NCBI GenBank assembly: GCA_022605425.2
Contig: JAKIMF020000004.1
Location: 1,240,001 to 1,304,000 of the forward strand
Reading direction: 5' to 3'
DNA: 64,000 nt
Source of the DNA: Hamiltosporidium tvaerminnensis FI-OER-3-3
Taxonomy: Eukaryota; Fungi; Microsporidia
Part shown: in pieces, positions 1 through 12,470 of the stretch
Position numbering within the stretch: the stretch's first letter is position 1
Layout of the letters: every line of letters begins with the position of its first letter
Made by a program: the position numbers and the translations under genes
Notes under the pieces: generated by a model
Databases searched by the model: none
The model's input: only the letters and a program-made list of their open reading frames with translations
What the model was told of the DNA's origin: nothing

Positions 1-526
1 TTTCTTCCAGAAGGCTTTGGCTTGCATGGTTTTCATCATAAGACTAATATAATGCTTCTTGCGATCTAAAACTAATATAAAATCAAGAATTTTTTTAGGT
101 TTGGAATGGAAAAAAAAGGTGAGAATTTTATGAATTGACCAGAAGCGAAGCTAATCTGTAGCAGTAATAACAGAATCTTCTTAGAAAAAAAGAAAAAGAA
201 CTAAGATAGAGCGATGCCGCCAAATTATAGGCGCAAAGAAGCGAGCTTTAACCGTCATCTTTAAATTGAAAATTTATATCTCGTAAAAATGATTATCAAA
301 AGCATACAAAACGAATTTGAAAGGTCAAAATCAGGAAAAAAATATTTGTTCTTATTTAAGATATTTGTTTCATGTTTTATTTACGTAAGAATAATTTTAT
401 TTAATAATAAATTTATTCATTCTCAAACGCGCAAGCAACTTTTATGCTTTAATTTGATAATTGCATAGTAGTGCATAAAATAAATATTTGCAAAAACGCA
501 TCATAATTTCTCTATATCAAAATATC

Positions 527-1254
527 GGTGTGGAAGAAGGATAAACACATAAAAAACCATCTGCTTGGCAATAAGTATGCGAGATTAATATATGAAATCA
601 TTATTTGGATTTTTGGTGGGAATAAAACCACGCCACATTTCGGTTGTTCTATTTGAATTATATGAGAAGAAGAAGGTCTAAGTAATGCTTAATTTTACTA
701 CGAATTTATTTGTAGTTTTTTATGTAACTAGATCGAAAAAATTAACTGAAATTGTAGGGAATTGCCGTAAGAAACCATGGAAACCTAGCCTTTCTCACTT
801 GGTTTGGAAGAATAAGCGCCTGGGAAATGTAAAAATTAAAATAATTAAAAGCAGGGAGAGCTAAGATGCGGATTAAGCCTGTTAATATGACACTGCTCTG
901 ACTAGGTGAACCCCATGTAAGTCACTGAAATATATCTTAGCTAGAAGTTTATTGGATTCAGAAAGTGAAGAGTATGTAAGAATGATGCATAGTCTTGGGT
1001 AAGTCCAGTGTTGGTTTCTACTTAAAATTACACTCCATGCAACGAACATTAACGAAATCTGGGCAACTACCTCGCCTATTAATTAGGTTCTACACACCTG
1101 ATAGATGAAGAGCTTTGAGACGTAGGTATCTTAAGAGATACTGATGGTGTGCTGGCGTATCAGTTATTTATGTTTGACCTATAATTGCGTGCATGTCATG
1201 AAAAAAAATATAGACTTGCCACTGTTTTAAAAATATGAGACACTTTTAAATAAA
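527..1254 (+). mobile_element. ~730-bp non-coding dispersed element, family A, copy 1 (SINE-like or structured-RNA element)
   Basis: Colinear over its full length with the reverse complement of 49861-50593. Shared blocks include ctgcttggcaat, gatttttggtgggaataaaaccac, ctgaaatatatcttagctagaagtttattgg and gggcaactacctcgcctatt. GC-richer than the flanks, no long ORF, ends in ttttaaataaa. The strand shown is a convention (GGTG head to A-rich tail). Confidence 0.8.
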
Positions 1255-1673
1255 GAAATCGCAATATTAGAGTTATAAAAATTAGCTAATATACTAAAAA
1301 AGTCAAATATTTCATTTATTAATCTTTTATTAAAAAGATAATTTAATTAAGTTTATCAAAAAAAATACTTTTTAATGGCATTTTCTCTTTCACTGCACAA
1401 AAGTACTCAAACAAACGTTAAGGTAAAAAAACTATATCATCGGTTTTTGATTGATTAAAACATTATCGTATATAATATCTTAAGATACCATAATCAATTT
1501 CAGCTTCAAAATGTTAATTTTCAAAAATTTAAATAATACAGATACATTATTTAATTGGTAAAAGAACCAAAAGATCAAAATATATTACCGAATATTACAT
1601 TAAATACATGCATTATATTTAAATACCTATAAAATTTTAATATTTTCACAAATAATTATATATCATACATGCC

Positions 1674-1832
1674 AAACAAGGTTGAGAGAGTATAAATACA
1701 TTAAAAACTATCTGGCTGGCAATAATTATATAGAATTTGTGTGAAAATCATTGTTGCTTTCGTGGTGGGAATAAACCACCTGTATTCATAGGCCAATCCC
1801 TATAGTTCCGAGGTACAACAGATTAAAAGAGG
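1674..1832 (+). repeat. Family B module (putative R4-like LINE 5' UTR fragment, read antisense)
   Basis: aaacaagg..gagagag..taaaaactatct..tgaaaatcatt..ggtgggaataaaccacc..cagattaaaaga. Matches 23121-23280, 43062-43215 and the first ~120 nt of family A. Confidence 0.65.
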
Positions 1833-2049
1833 AATGGAATATATGTGTAAGCGTATTTTAGAAATAAATTATATTTAAATCACCTTTTCACTGGATTTCT
1901 GCGCAACTGCTGTAATTTATATAAATTCTTAAATTGTTCGTAGGATTTTGAAGCCGTTTTTTCCAAGCTTGGATAATTTCACAAAAAAAATAAGTAGAGC
2001 CTTGGTTTTAGATTTAGTTATAAATATTTTTGCTATGAAATTAAAATTT

Positions 2050-2859
2050 TTATTTAAAAGCTAAACATATTGCCTCTTTATTAGCTAAAAAATCATCTCC
2101 ATGAAAAACCACTAAACCCAAAATTCTTTCCTGAAACATAATATTTACAGTTATTGAATCTTTTATTATGTCTTCAATTTGGCGAGGATTACAATTTTTA
2201 GGAAGAAAATATACACAATTTTTTATGATTGATTGGCTTTTCGTTGTAATCTTATCAAAATCGATTGAGTATAAATCGAATAAAGCTGAATTTTTATAAT
2301 CCATTCCACCCCACGGTGGTGATAAGAAACCATACTCATATTTTCTATCAACATTCAATGTTAGAAAATCCGAAACTTCACAGGAAAGATTTCCATAGAT
2401 ATATTTCTTATCTTGTTCTTTTTTATATATGCTACTGTTGATTTTCAAGTATTTAATTTTGGAGTATAATATATCGCAAGCATATACATCAAATCCATGC
2501 TTCAAAAATACGACGGTATCCCCGCCAACGCCACAATAACCACATATGACTTCTTTTTTAGAATTCAAAAGTTGATTGAAAATATTTATTACTTTTTTTA
2601 CTAAAAATTCTGGAGTAACAGAAAACCATGATTCATAATCCATAATTATACCGGATTCAATTTTACTGAATAAAAAATGTCTACGATAATAAAACTTCGA
2701 TATTTCTCGATTCTTTTGCAAACTATAATCCGTTATTATCCAGTCGTTATATTTTTGATAGATATAATATCCTCTTTGATTTTTTTTCTGTTTATTTATA
2801 TTTTCATCGGTTTTATCAACGTTTTTTTTATTTTTAGAATTATTATATTTTCTTTGCAT
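2050..2859 (-). CDS. TGS1: Trimethylguanosine synthase (RNA cap guanine-N2 methyltransferase)
   Basis: Contains SWFSVTPE, the SAM-binding motif YCGVGGDT and FLSPPWGG, all characteristic of TGS1. The ORF track starts at a TTG (2883); the first ATG is at 2859, 24 nt downstream of a CCC signal (2884-2886). The stop overlaps AATAAA. Confidence 0.92.
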   Translation of the reverse strand: MQRKYNNSKNKKNVDKTDENINKQKKNQRGYYIYQKYNDWIITDYSLQKNREISKFYYRRHFLFSKIESGIIMDYESWFSVTPEFLVKKVINIFNQLLNSKKEVICGYCGVGGDTVVFLKHGFDVYACDILYSKIKYLKINSSIYKKEQDKKYIYGNLSCEVSDFLTLNVDRKYEYGFLSPPWGGMDYKNSALFDLYSIDFDKITTKSQSIIKNCVYFLPKNCNPRQIEDIIKDSITVNIMFQERILGLVVFHGDDFLANKEAICLAFK

Positions 2860-2936
2860 TAAATCTGATCGATAATCCACCAAGGGTTATGGCCTTTTAC
2901 AAAAGTTCATTAATTTTGATATATATAATATTCTTA

Positions 2937-3566
2937 TGTAATAGAGGAATAATAGATTCGACAAATATATTTTAGATAAGAGTAAAATTAAAATGACACG
3001 AAATGAACTAGGAATTACTTCGCAAGATTCACTTAAAATAATTGAAGCTATAAAACAGAGAAATATGACTTATTAGCCAATGAGTTGGGTCTTATTTATA
3101 AATTTGCTATTGAGATAATTTCTTGTGTGATGACTTGAGACAGTATTGTGGCAAAATACCATAATTAATACCTTAAATGCTGCAAATACACATGAATGTG
3201 AAAGCATACAACCAGTTAAGTACTTAAAATTACAGGCGAATCGATTTTCTTTGATTGACGAAAAAGACTTGAATCGGGATTAAATGCCGAAGAGAGTGTC
3301 AGTGGATGCTTAATAAAGCGGATCTGCATTTAAAACCAACACTCCCTTTCAAACAAGTGAGCAACGAAAGCGATAATGTTAAAGGTAATAAAACAAAAAA
3401 TTTTAAATCTCTTACTTCATATAGAGAAACTATTCTAAACCAACAGACAATAGATATAATGAAGAGCTGGATTTAGTAGAAGAAAGCAAGGTGGTTTAAG
3501 TGGTAGAATAAACTGCATAAAAGTTTGAAGAAATAATTTGCCCACAAATTAATAAATAAATAAAAT
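2937..3566 (+). mobile_element. 5'-truncated, decayed copy of the R4-like RLE LINE (endonuclease region and 3' tail)
   Basis: Translates as RNNRFDKYILDKSK..ELGITSQDSLKIIEAIKQRKYDLLANELGLIYKFAIEIISCVMT*DSIVAKYH, matching RNNRPDIFVLDK..EVGITSQDSLQIVETEKLRKYDLLANELGLIYKCSVEIIPYVITWDGIVTKYH of the intact element. Ends in (AATA)n. Confidence 0.85.
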
Positions 3567-3963
3567 AGATATTTGCTTTTTTGAGATATCGAATTTAATT
3601 CATATTTTTATTTTTGGCAAATATATTGATTGCACTTAAATTATTAATTCCAGTTTAATTTAATTAATTGGCCTTTTTACATATAAGACTGGAATTTTGA
3701 TTTGATTTTGCTTTGTTTGCAGAACCAAATTCGTTTTAATATTTATCTGTGGGATTTAGTGTCAAACCAGATTTAACTTCTCAGATTTTTTGGTTAAAAC
3801 CATTTGCGATTCTTAAAAATTCATTTTAATTTATTTAAACTTAATCTTTTTCGTGGATTGGAATAAATACTTCGATTGTCTTTTTAAGTACTAAACTCTG
3901 AATATATTTTTCATTATTATTGATATCTAAAGCTATTAATATACATACTATAGTATTTTATAA

Positions 3964-4203
3964 TTCCCACCATGCCGGGAGCAGAATTGGCTTGGAGAAT
4001 TCTCTGCTTGTCGGAAGAGGCGACTAAATGCGACTGGTCGTCCATGTTTGGGTTGGGCCATGGGCTAACAACCAACCCTTTAAAACTACCTGCTACGAAA
4101 CCAAATAAGAAAACAAACCCACTCGAAAAAAACCTGACAGTGGTATTACTAAGGAAGGCCGCGACTCGCACGGGGCTGTAGTGTTAAGGATGAATGAATG
4201 AAT
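3964..4203 (+). mobile_element. RTE-derived bipartite non-autonomous element (SINE), copy 1
   Basis: Homologous end to end with 54906-55148. Has RTE-type 5'-UTR motifs (tgcttgtcgNaagaggcgactaaa; gggttgg..gggctaRcaacc) and an RTE-type 3' end (aggcc..ctcgcac.gggctgtagtg) with a (TGAA)3 tail. Confidence 0.75.
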
Positions 4204-5168
4204 AAAAGCTTACAAAAAAAGCAAATATAATGTTTATTCTAAATGGTTTTTAGACATAAAAAGAATTTATCCAAAGCTCATATTATTTCAATTAATTTTA
4301 AAGGTATATACTGAAATTCTATATTTCCATAAAACTAAATTATTATATTGCACAGCAACAAACTTAACTGTTTAAACAGACAATTCCGAGATTTAAGGAC
4401 TCCGAAGAAAATCTAACTAAAAAACATTTTAAAGATTAAAAAAATAGTTTTTACGAATCAATTATAATATCATATTAGTTACAGAAACACAAGATCTTAA
4501 TGAAAAAGTCAGAAAAATGCTATTACTATATTTACAGTTAAATTATCTCTAAAGCTTAAATCGAACGGTATTTTAAGAATTACTGTTTAAATTTGTATTG
4601 TATATTGATATATTTAAATTTCTACAGACGAATTAAAAATATTTGAAATAAGTTAACTTAAATGCGATAAATGTTTATTCCAGCTATATGAATTTGCTTT
4701 AGGAAAGTACAATAAATTATATATGATACTGCTTTTAAAACATTCTTGAGCATTATGGTTAAGAAAATTACAAGCAATATGTAAATAAATTGAAAGCTTT
4801 TAACTTTTGGCTATTATTTCTTTTTTTACTTAATCTGTCTTCATATTAGGTTATTCTGCTATCTTTATGAGTTTACAGTGTAAATGAAATAATTAATGAC
4901 GTAAATTAAAATAAAATATTTTTCGTTTAAAAAATCTGGCTTAAAAACTTTTCCAATCTTATATTGTTTCTTCGCTCTTTAAAACCCATTTTTTCCTTTC
5001 TAGATTTGAAACTAAGATAAAATAAAAATTATTATTATGGTAAAAATGGAAATAATTTTGTTAATTACATATAACTAAAACAAATAAAATTTATATTTTT
5101 TTTGACAAAAGGCTAGAAATAAAAGAATCCCTTAGCATTCAATCTAGCTAAAAATATAATTTGTAAAA

Positions 5169-5240
5169 TGGAGAGCCCAGGAATCGAACCCGGGACCTCA
5201 TGCATGCTAAGCATGCGCTCTACCACTGAGCTAGCCCCCC
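5169..5240 (-). tRNA. tRNA-Ala (anticodon AGC)
   Basis: Reverse complement is GGGGGGCTAGCTCAGTGGTAGAGCGCATGCTTAGCATGCATGAGGTCCCGGGTTCGATTCCTGGGCTCTCCA. 72-nt cloverleaf with the G3:U70 Ala identity pair, A73 and a GTTCGA T-loop, followed by a TTTT Pol III terminator. Confidence 0.97.
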
Positions 5241-6689
5241 TTAACATATATCATGTTAGTAAGATTTATTTATACATTGTTTTCTAATACTAAAATTCGC
5301 TCATTGCTGATCTTATAATCAACTCACTGCTTTCTTTCATAAAATTTGCATACAAATTATATTTCAGAAACATATTGATTCATTGTTTTTTTTAATTATC
5401 TAGAAAACTTTTAATTTCATATTTGGATTACTTATTTTGTAATTTAAGAATTATAAATTAACAGAATATTTTTTTGGTCATTTAAATTATGACCAATATA
5501 AAGATGTTTTCTATATAAATAAATTATAGCCTATTAGATAAATATTTTAAAATATTTTAAAATATTTTTAGATTTTTAGAAATTTATAATTAAACTTTTA
5601 ATTTAATTCATTTTTAGATTTTTTTGCTTTTTATGATTGTTAATATGTCTACAAAATAAAATTTCTAAGTTTAAGTTTCAAATTTCTATCCATAAAAAAA
5701 ATCTACAGGTTTATGTTTGTTGGAATGTCAATATTTTGGGATATTTTATATGCAATAAAACCATGTAAAGAATCTTAGATAATAGTTTGCTATTGTGTAA
5801 TCTTTGATTTGCTTAAAACAGCCATTATTGATCGTTTATCTGATTAATGTTTAACAGACTCATTAGTTCCTTTCATTCAAAGTTTATTTTTTATTGAAAG
5901 AACTAAAGTCTATAATAGAATTACACGTTTTTTTAAAACTTTCAATAGCAATTTAGGCCTAATTACTTCGTTTATCGAGCAGAAAAGCACGAACCTTCTA
6001 TTGATGCCAGTATGTTATTATTATACTTTACATAATTTTGTGAAAGATATTAACTAAATTCACTAATGTATACTATAACTTGTACCAGAAAAAATAGATA
6101 TCGCAATATATTAAATAGAAATAAAATTTTATCATCTAATCTAAGTTACGAATAAAATTTTAACATGAACTGTTTCATTTCTTAACAAATATTCATTATA
6201 TAGCATTTAATATACTTTAGTTGTTTTGAAAGAAAACTTAAATTTTCTATAAATTAATTCCATTAAACTCATATAGAGTAATAAGAAATACTTTTTATAT
6301 GTTTTTATTTAGATAGAGTCAGAAAATATTACAGTATAAATTATGATTTCATCAGTTATGTTGTTTTAAGTTATTATAAATTCTTAATTTGTCGTTTGAC
6401 GAAAAAGTGTCGACCTAACCATTTTTTTATACAGAATAGAGCTGTTAAAATTGGATAAGAACGTGGTTTTTTGAATGTAATGGTTCTGAGGCCTGATCAG
6501 TATACTAAATATATATAGAATGTCAATCAACCATAAATATCTTAATTGAAATTTAATTCTTTTTATGAAGCCAATTAATTATTTTTTAAAATTTATCGAA
6601 AGAAAAAAAATATCAAAAAAGACTTGGAAAAAAGGTCCTAAGCATATTCGATACTCTGAATTTTCGAACATGCCATAATTTTTTTTCAC

Positions 6690-7300
6690 ATTAATGACCT
6701 AAAAATATTTTAATGTATAGCTGGCGTATCCCAGAATAAAAAGTCGGTATACCAATTATAATTTCAAACTTAAATCCTTATAGTTTTTGGATCAAATCGC
6801 AGCCTAATCTCCTGAATTATAAGTTTTTTATAGACTTCGAAGAATTTCTTTTTCGTCGCTTTCTCTCTGAATATATTTTCTTGCTTAGTTTGTTTTTCGT
6901 TAACAAAAGCAGACTCTTCTTTGGGTGCTTATTTAAAATAAAGTGAGCCCTTCTTCGCCATTTGTTTTAACGAACATTTTTTTAAAATTTTCTAGACTTA
7001 TTTCTTAGTTTCTAAACATCTCTCTTTCCAGATTTAAAAGTTCTATTTATTAATTATCTTGTTATAACATACTTATGAAGCTTGTATTTTTATCTATGAA
7101 ACATACAAATTAGATTTCAACTGATCTTTAATATATTAAATATTGAAATTACATATCAATGTATTCAGATTGAGATTTTTGCTCTAAACTACAGAGTTCC
7201 GTTTTCCAAAGTCTCTTTTGCATCTTCCTCTGCATTTTTCTGATTTGAAGTTTTTACGTCAAAGAATATGGCACATAGAGACTATGTGATTTGAAAGTCG
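6690..7300 (-). mobile_element. Highly decayed RLE non-LTR retrotransposon remnant
   Basis: Minus-strand fragments NHIVSMCHIL (compare DHLATRCEKML) and LGCDLIQKL*GFKFEII..WD (compare LANELGLIYKCSVEII..WDG) occur in the expected order. Many stops. Confidence 0.35.
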
Positions 7301-8744
7301 AATTGATTTTGATTCTTGTCATATTTCTATATCGACAATTCGTATAATGTTTATCGACTATAAAGTAATTGGAAAAGGCTTGAATCTAGATATTCTAGAA
7401 AATCTTTTTTTTTGGAACTACAAAAAAATAAATCGAGATTATTCCTGCTGAGGCTGCAAAATATTGTGTAATGATAAAAAAAATCAACGGAATCTATCAA
7501 AAAAATACATATTCGGTTTTTGTCATATAGTATAAATTATCTTACTTATAATTGTATTTTAAGGCTAGATATATTGTCTTTAGGGTATGAAAGAGTTATA
7601 ATACGCAGCGAGTATTTATTTTTATAGTTTTAATTTATTATAAATGTATTTCTGGCTTGAATATGAGAGATATGTTATTTTAAACAATATGTATTATTTG
7701 AAGACTATGTGAACTATTTGCGTTTTTTATATTTTGATGTCTACATTATTGTAAATTGATCTTGGTTGGTTTTCGCTTAAAATGATTCACTATTATATCC
7801 ATGTGTTTAATTTACATATTTTTATTCTATATTTAATCCTCACTCTCCTTTTTAATCTCTATAAATCATTTAATGAATTTTTTGACAAATTAAATTTATT
7901 AAGAATTTTGTTCCTAATTTCACTATTTGAAATTTGTCCAAGCTCTAAGAGATTATAAATGTGGTATAATGCTTAAAAATATACTTAAAAACCTATCTAG
8001 ATATAAAATTTTGTAAAACTAAAAAGAAAACTCTTATTATTAAATATTCAATTCATTTTTGGTTAATTTTTTGTATTTTGAAATTTAAATTAGCAATAAA
8101 TATAATAATCTGATTTAAAAAATATTTGTAATCATGAATTATTCTAGTTTTAGGAGATCATATGTTTTTAGAAAAAAAATCAAAAAATAATTAAAAAAAT
8201 ATACATCGAATATACTGCAAATCAATTATTTGCCATTTGATTAGATTTTTTAGGAAGTAATTTAATAATTTTAAGCATAATCGTTGTGGAATAAATTAAA
8301 TTAAAAATAAGAATTGAATTATGTTGGTGTGAAAGTTATCTTTTATTTGTCTAAAAATTTTTAAAAAATTAATTTTTTTTGCAAAATATAATTTATTAAA
8401 AAGAAAAGATAGATCAATGATATTTAAACATTTTTATTTTTAAACAAGAGCAAAACTATTAAAAATCCAAATTTTCTTAATTATAAAAACACCATTAAAT
8501 CTTAGACGTTACAGTCAAATGCAGCATAATATGATTTTTTTAATTCTTATATTCTGAAGTATTACTTATTTAAAACTATAAATATTCTATTATATTGATT
8601 GTATTAACTATAAATAAATTTATCTTCAAAAATTAAATTATATTATTTATATAAATAACGTTTAGAATTTAATTAATACATGGAATTCATGACAAAAATA
8701 TAAATATATTTTCCGATTGAAATCTTTACTTTTATTATAATAAC

Positions 8745-9803
8745 TTAAAAATCAATTTTTTGATGGTTTTTTAACAAATATTTACAATATTCTACCAGTT
8801 CAATACCTTCTTCGGATCGAATAGAAACCATTTTTTCTAAATGATCTATTTTTTTACACATAGATTCAATTTTTTTTCTTTCGATGTCCAAATTTTCTCT
8901 TAATTTATTTCTTTCTGTTTCTAAAATGGTTATTTTCTCGCTAGCTATGCATCTATAAGCATCTGATCTTTCTTGACTGTTCATTAGATCTCTTTCTAAA
9001 AAGGAAATATGATCCTTGTATTTCTTTTCATTATAATCATATCTATCAATATCACTATTAAGCTTGTCAATTATGTTTGTTTTTTCTTTAATAATATTTA
9101 AATATACATCTTTATTGTGTGTTTCTTCTTTTTCTATAATATAACTGATTGTTGCATCGAGATCCTCAAGAAGCCTTTTGTATTCTTCTTCCCTGGATTC
9201 CTTATCCTTTAATCTAAGTTCTAAATCTTGTACTTTGGCATGCAAAAAAGAAATACTTTGATCTCTTGTTACATTAATACTGTTAGAAAAGATGTCCTGT
9301 GTGTTTCTACGTTGGTTGGTACCGTTTCTAAACGAAAGCAATGAATCTTTGATTTCCAAATCATCAAAATTAATCTCATCAGAAATATCATTCCTTATTG
9401 TTAAATTTTCGGCGAGATATTCCAAAGAATTATTATTTGTTTCTTTACATCCATCAGTCTGTATTTCGTGTAAACTATCCGTAGATCCATTCCTCGATCT
9501 TTCTGGCATAAATTGTTGATTAAAATTATCTGAATTTATGTCTGTTTTTTTTACTGTATATTCGGATAAAAGATTATCTTTAGACCAATCCAAACTATCT
9601 TCGAAGCTATTAGATATTATTTGATCCAAATCTTCTATTTTGCTTTTGCTGACTTTGGTATTTTCTAATGAATTTGTAGGCGTGTAAAAAATATTCTCTT
9701 CTTCACTTGTTTTATTTAAAAGAAATGAACTCAGGTTAGCAAAAGAGTCTTGTATGTACTTTGATATTTTCTGCGGTAAACTACGACGTGGTTTTTGATC
9801 CAT
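8745..9803 (-). CDS. Coiled-coil protein with a TACC-like C-terminal domain
   Basis: 352 aa: disordered S/N/D-rich N-half and a ~165-aa C-terminal coiled coil with NEKKYKDHI, RSDAYRCIASEKI and ELVEYCKYLL, resembling TACC NEE.LK, RY.ALK.HAEEKL and ELTKICDELI. CCCC lies 6 nt upstream of the ATG. Confidence 0.65.
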   Translation of the reverse strand: MDQKPRRSLPQKISKYIQDSFANLSSFLLNKTSEEENIFYTPTNSLENTKVSKSKIEDLDQIISNSFEDSLDWSKDNLLSEYTVKKTDINSDNFNQQFMPERSRNGSTDSLHEIQTDGCKETNNNSLEYLAENLTIRNDISDEINFDDLEIKDSLLSFRNGTNQRRNTQDIFSNSINVTRDQSISFLHAKVQDLELRLKDKESREEEYKRLLEDLDATISYIIEKEETHNKDVYLNIIKEKTNIIDKLNSDIDRYDYNEKKYKDHISFLERDLMNSQERSDAYRCIASEKITILETERNKLRENLDIERKKIESMCKKIDHLEKMVSIRSEEGIELVEYCKYLLKNHQKIDF

Positions 9804-9808
9804 AGAGA

Positions 9809-9812
9809 GGGG
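9809..9812 (-). promoter_or_regulatory. Microsporidian CCC-like start-proximal signal (also at 2884-2886 on the minus strand and 13706-13708 on the plus strand)
   Basis: A CCC run lies within 30 nt upstream of the ATG in three conserved genes, against an otherwise AT-rich background. Confidence 0.55.
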
Positions 9813-12089
9813 TGTTCTACTTGGAATGTTATTAAAAAAAATATTTGAATAAAATATTTTTAAAAATCCGAACAGAAATATTTTTTTAGATTTTGAACTT
9901 AGCAGATTATAATACTATAGGAGCGATGAATAGTTTGTTAAGACGTGATTTTGAAAAACTCGTATCTAAATGTTTTAAATATTGTATATTCTTAAAATTT
10001 GCCATTGGTTTTGATTAAATGTGAAAATATGCTATTTTTATGGTCTTTCTATTCTTATATTGAACACTTGTATTTTAATTCTTTTAGAAATCGGCAAAAT
10101 GTGATTTAAAATCCGCCTTTAGAAGCCATAAATTACTTTTTCTAAGGAATTTTTACAGAATTTTAAAATTCATTCAACCCGAGTTAAAATTTTTTCTATC
10201 TTTATTCTATTTATTTCCGCCTTTTAACCAAAATATGACTCTTATCCATATCTGGCTTACTCTTGTAACTTTTGATTGAACCTTGGTTCGAGATTGGATC
10301 ATCGAGGAATTATGTTAAATATTCCGCATCTTCATTGGTTTAAATCTCATTTTTTGTCATTGGAATGCTCGAAATCCGTATATGCTACATATGTCTTTCA
10401 GCTACTTGTTAGACATTTCGTAAAGGGCTTTTACCCGGCTCCTATGGCATTAAAAATCAACCATGTTCTCTCTGTAGATCTAACAAATTATTTTAATTGG
10501 TTTTATAAGAATTATCACCCAATATATGGTACTGTTTTTGTTTGTATCCGAGTTTTTAATGTACATATTATGGCATTTTAACCTAAATAATCCTAAAAAT
10601 GACTTTGTAGCGCATATAAACACTATAATTTTGAATTTACTTTAATTTATTGGTTATTAAGTAGTAATTGCTTTTTTTTTCTTTTTTTTTGTCTTCAGCA
10701 ATTTAAGGTCGGCCAGTATAGAAATTACGGGCTAAATCGTACTAATATATTTAGTTTCAATCCAAAATTAAAGCCTTAAAATTTTTATTGTAGTCATTCC
10801 TACCGTATTAAAGCGTTTTTTATTCTTTTTCGCAAATTTCTTCCAATAAATTTTTAACAAAAGACAGCTTGCTTCTTTTTGTAGAATTAACCTAAAAACT
10901 CTTACTATGAAAAAATATATTCTTTTGATCCCTTCATATCTTTCGATTAGATTTTTATTGACGTGTTTAACATATATCTACGAAATGCTCTATGCGATAT
11001 ATGCTCGCCGAAGACCTTAATATTTTTTAATCATCAATGTACATTTATTTAAAATGTTTCTTAAAATGATCCCTTTAGCGATTTAAAATCTTTTTTTTCC
11101 GTAAGCAATTAGAAGAATATTGGTTTTACCGAGTATTACTGGAATTAAACATTTAAAAAGGATTTCTGCTAATTATATATTTAGCAATTTATATTTTTTT
11201 TATTTTATCGGATTTGATTCTCTTCGATTCATACTGAAATAGATATAATGTTAAATTGTGTCGAGTTTATTTTATTTTCCAATTTAAATATTTGAATTTT
11301 ATGCATATGTATTACATTTTTTTGTTTCCAGCTAATCTCAAAAATACGAAGCTATATAGTTACTTTATAACCCAATAACTTTAAGATTTATTAGGCGAAT
11401 CATACAAGACTCAACATCTTTGTGTATATTCACCTTTTCTATCTCGAGATTTCACGTTCTTAATGATGCCATGCAAATATCATCGACCTGGCCAAATACT
11501 CGAAAATTATATTCATCTTTAGGTATTGCGTGTTTATTAAATCCAAAAAACGAATTCTATGCGCGTAAATTCTCTAACAAAAACTTTCGATATTTGATTT
11601 AGTTAATTTAATTTTCAAAATAATATACATTTTAGATTCTTCTATAAAATTCTATCATTTTCATTTTTTTAGGACATACTCTTTATTGAAAGCGGCGATT
11701 CTATAAACAAATATCATTGGATGCTAATTTCTTTTTTTACCTCGAAATCTATTTTATAATATAAATTTTACTTTATCTTTCTAAAGAAAATTGAGGTTAG
11801 GGACTATTCAACTCCAAAATAATTGCTTAAGAGTCATTATTAAGAGGGTTAGGATCCATATTACCATGTATCATCATCTTCGTATATTGTCCACTAAATT
11901 TTCGACTTAAAAATTTAGTAGAATACAAACGAAAGATATAACCAGGCTATGTTTCTGAATTTTTAAGTATCTTTTTTTGCCATGTTTTTTTGATTAACTT
12001 ACAGATTTATCTATTTTCCATTTTCACTCATTGTTTTTAAAATATATTATTGAATTTAGGGAGGTTAAGACCTACAAAAATACCATTAA

Positions 12090-12470
12090 ATGTGCAAAAT
12101 GATTCCAAAAAACGAACTATTCAGCAAAATAGATCATAGCTTTGCACTTGCCCTTTTACCATGTGTTTAAAATATAAGTGAATTTTTCGCAATCAAAGCC
12201 TTTTCTGAAGTTAACTTTCGGATGAATTAGGCGGGCTCGGAATATATTAACTCGCTTAAAATGTACCTTCTAAACATATAACTTTCACAATATACACAGA
12301 AAATTGAGAATAATTGTAAGTTTCTAGATAAAAAAATTATAAATATCATCAATACACGTGGATTTCTTTTTATATAAGTAATCCGTGATATTTATAAAAT
12401 CATACACCAAAGGCAACATGCTTTGAAATATTAAATACTATCATAACCTAGTACTTTCTATTTAGTTGCA
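12090..12470 (-). mobile_element. Possible Merlin/ISXO2-like DDE transposase remnant
   Basis: Broken minus-strand fragments ISKHVAFGV.., ITD, NYSQF and AE*FVFW resemble Merlin I..HV.PG..I.TD, VNHS..F and YL.EF.W in order. Heavily decayed; no TIRs seen. Confidence 0.25.

Noticed and set aside
600-635. Sm-site-like GAUUUUUGG followed by a hairpin (snRNA-like, near TGS1)
   Set aside because: No U1, U2, U4 or U5 hallmark sequence is present, and the U tract is not conserved in family B copies.
3917-4181. Two short ORFs (84 and 69 aa)
   Set aside because: They lie within the RTE-derived SINE, and indels in copy 2 do not preserve the frame.
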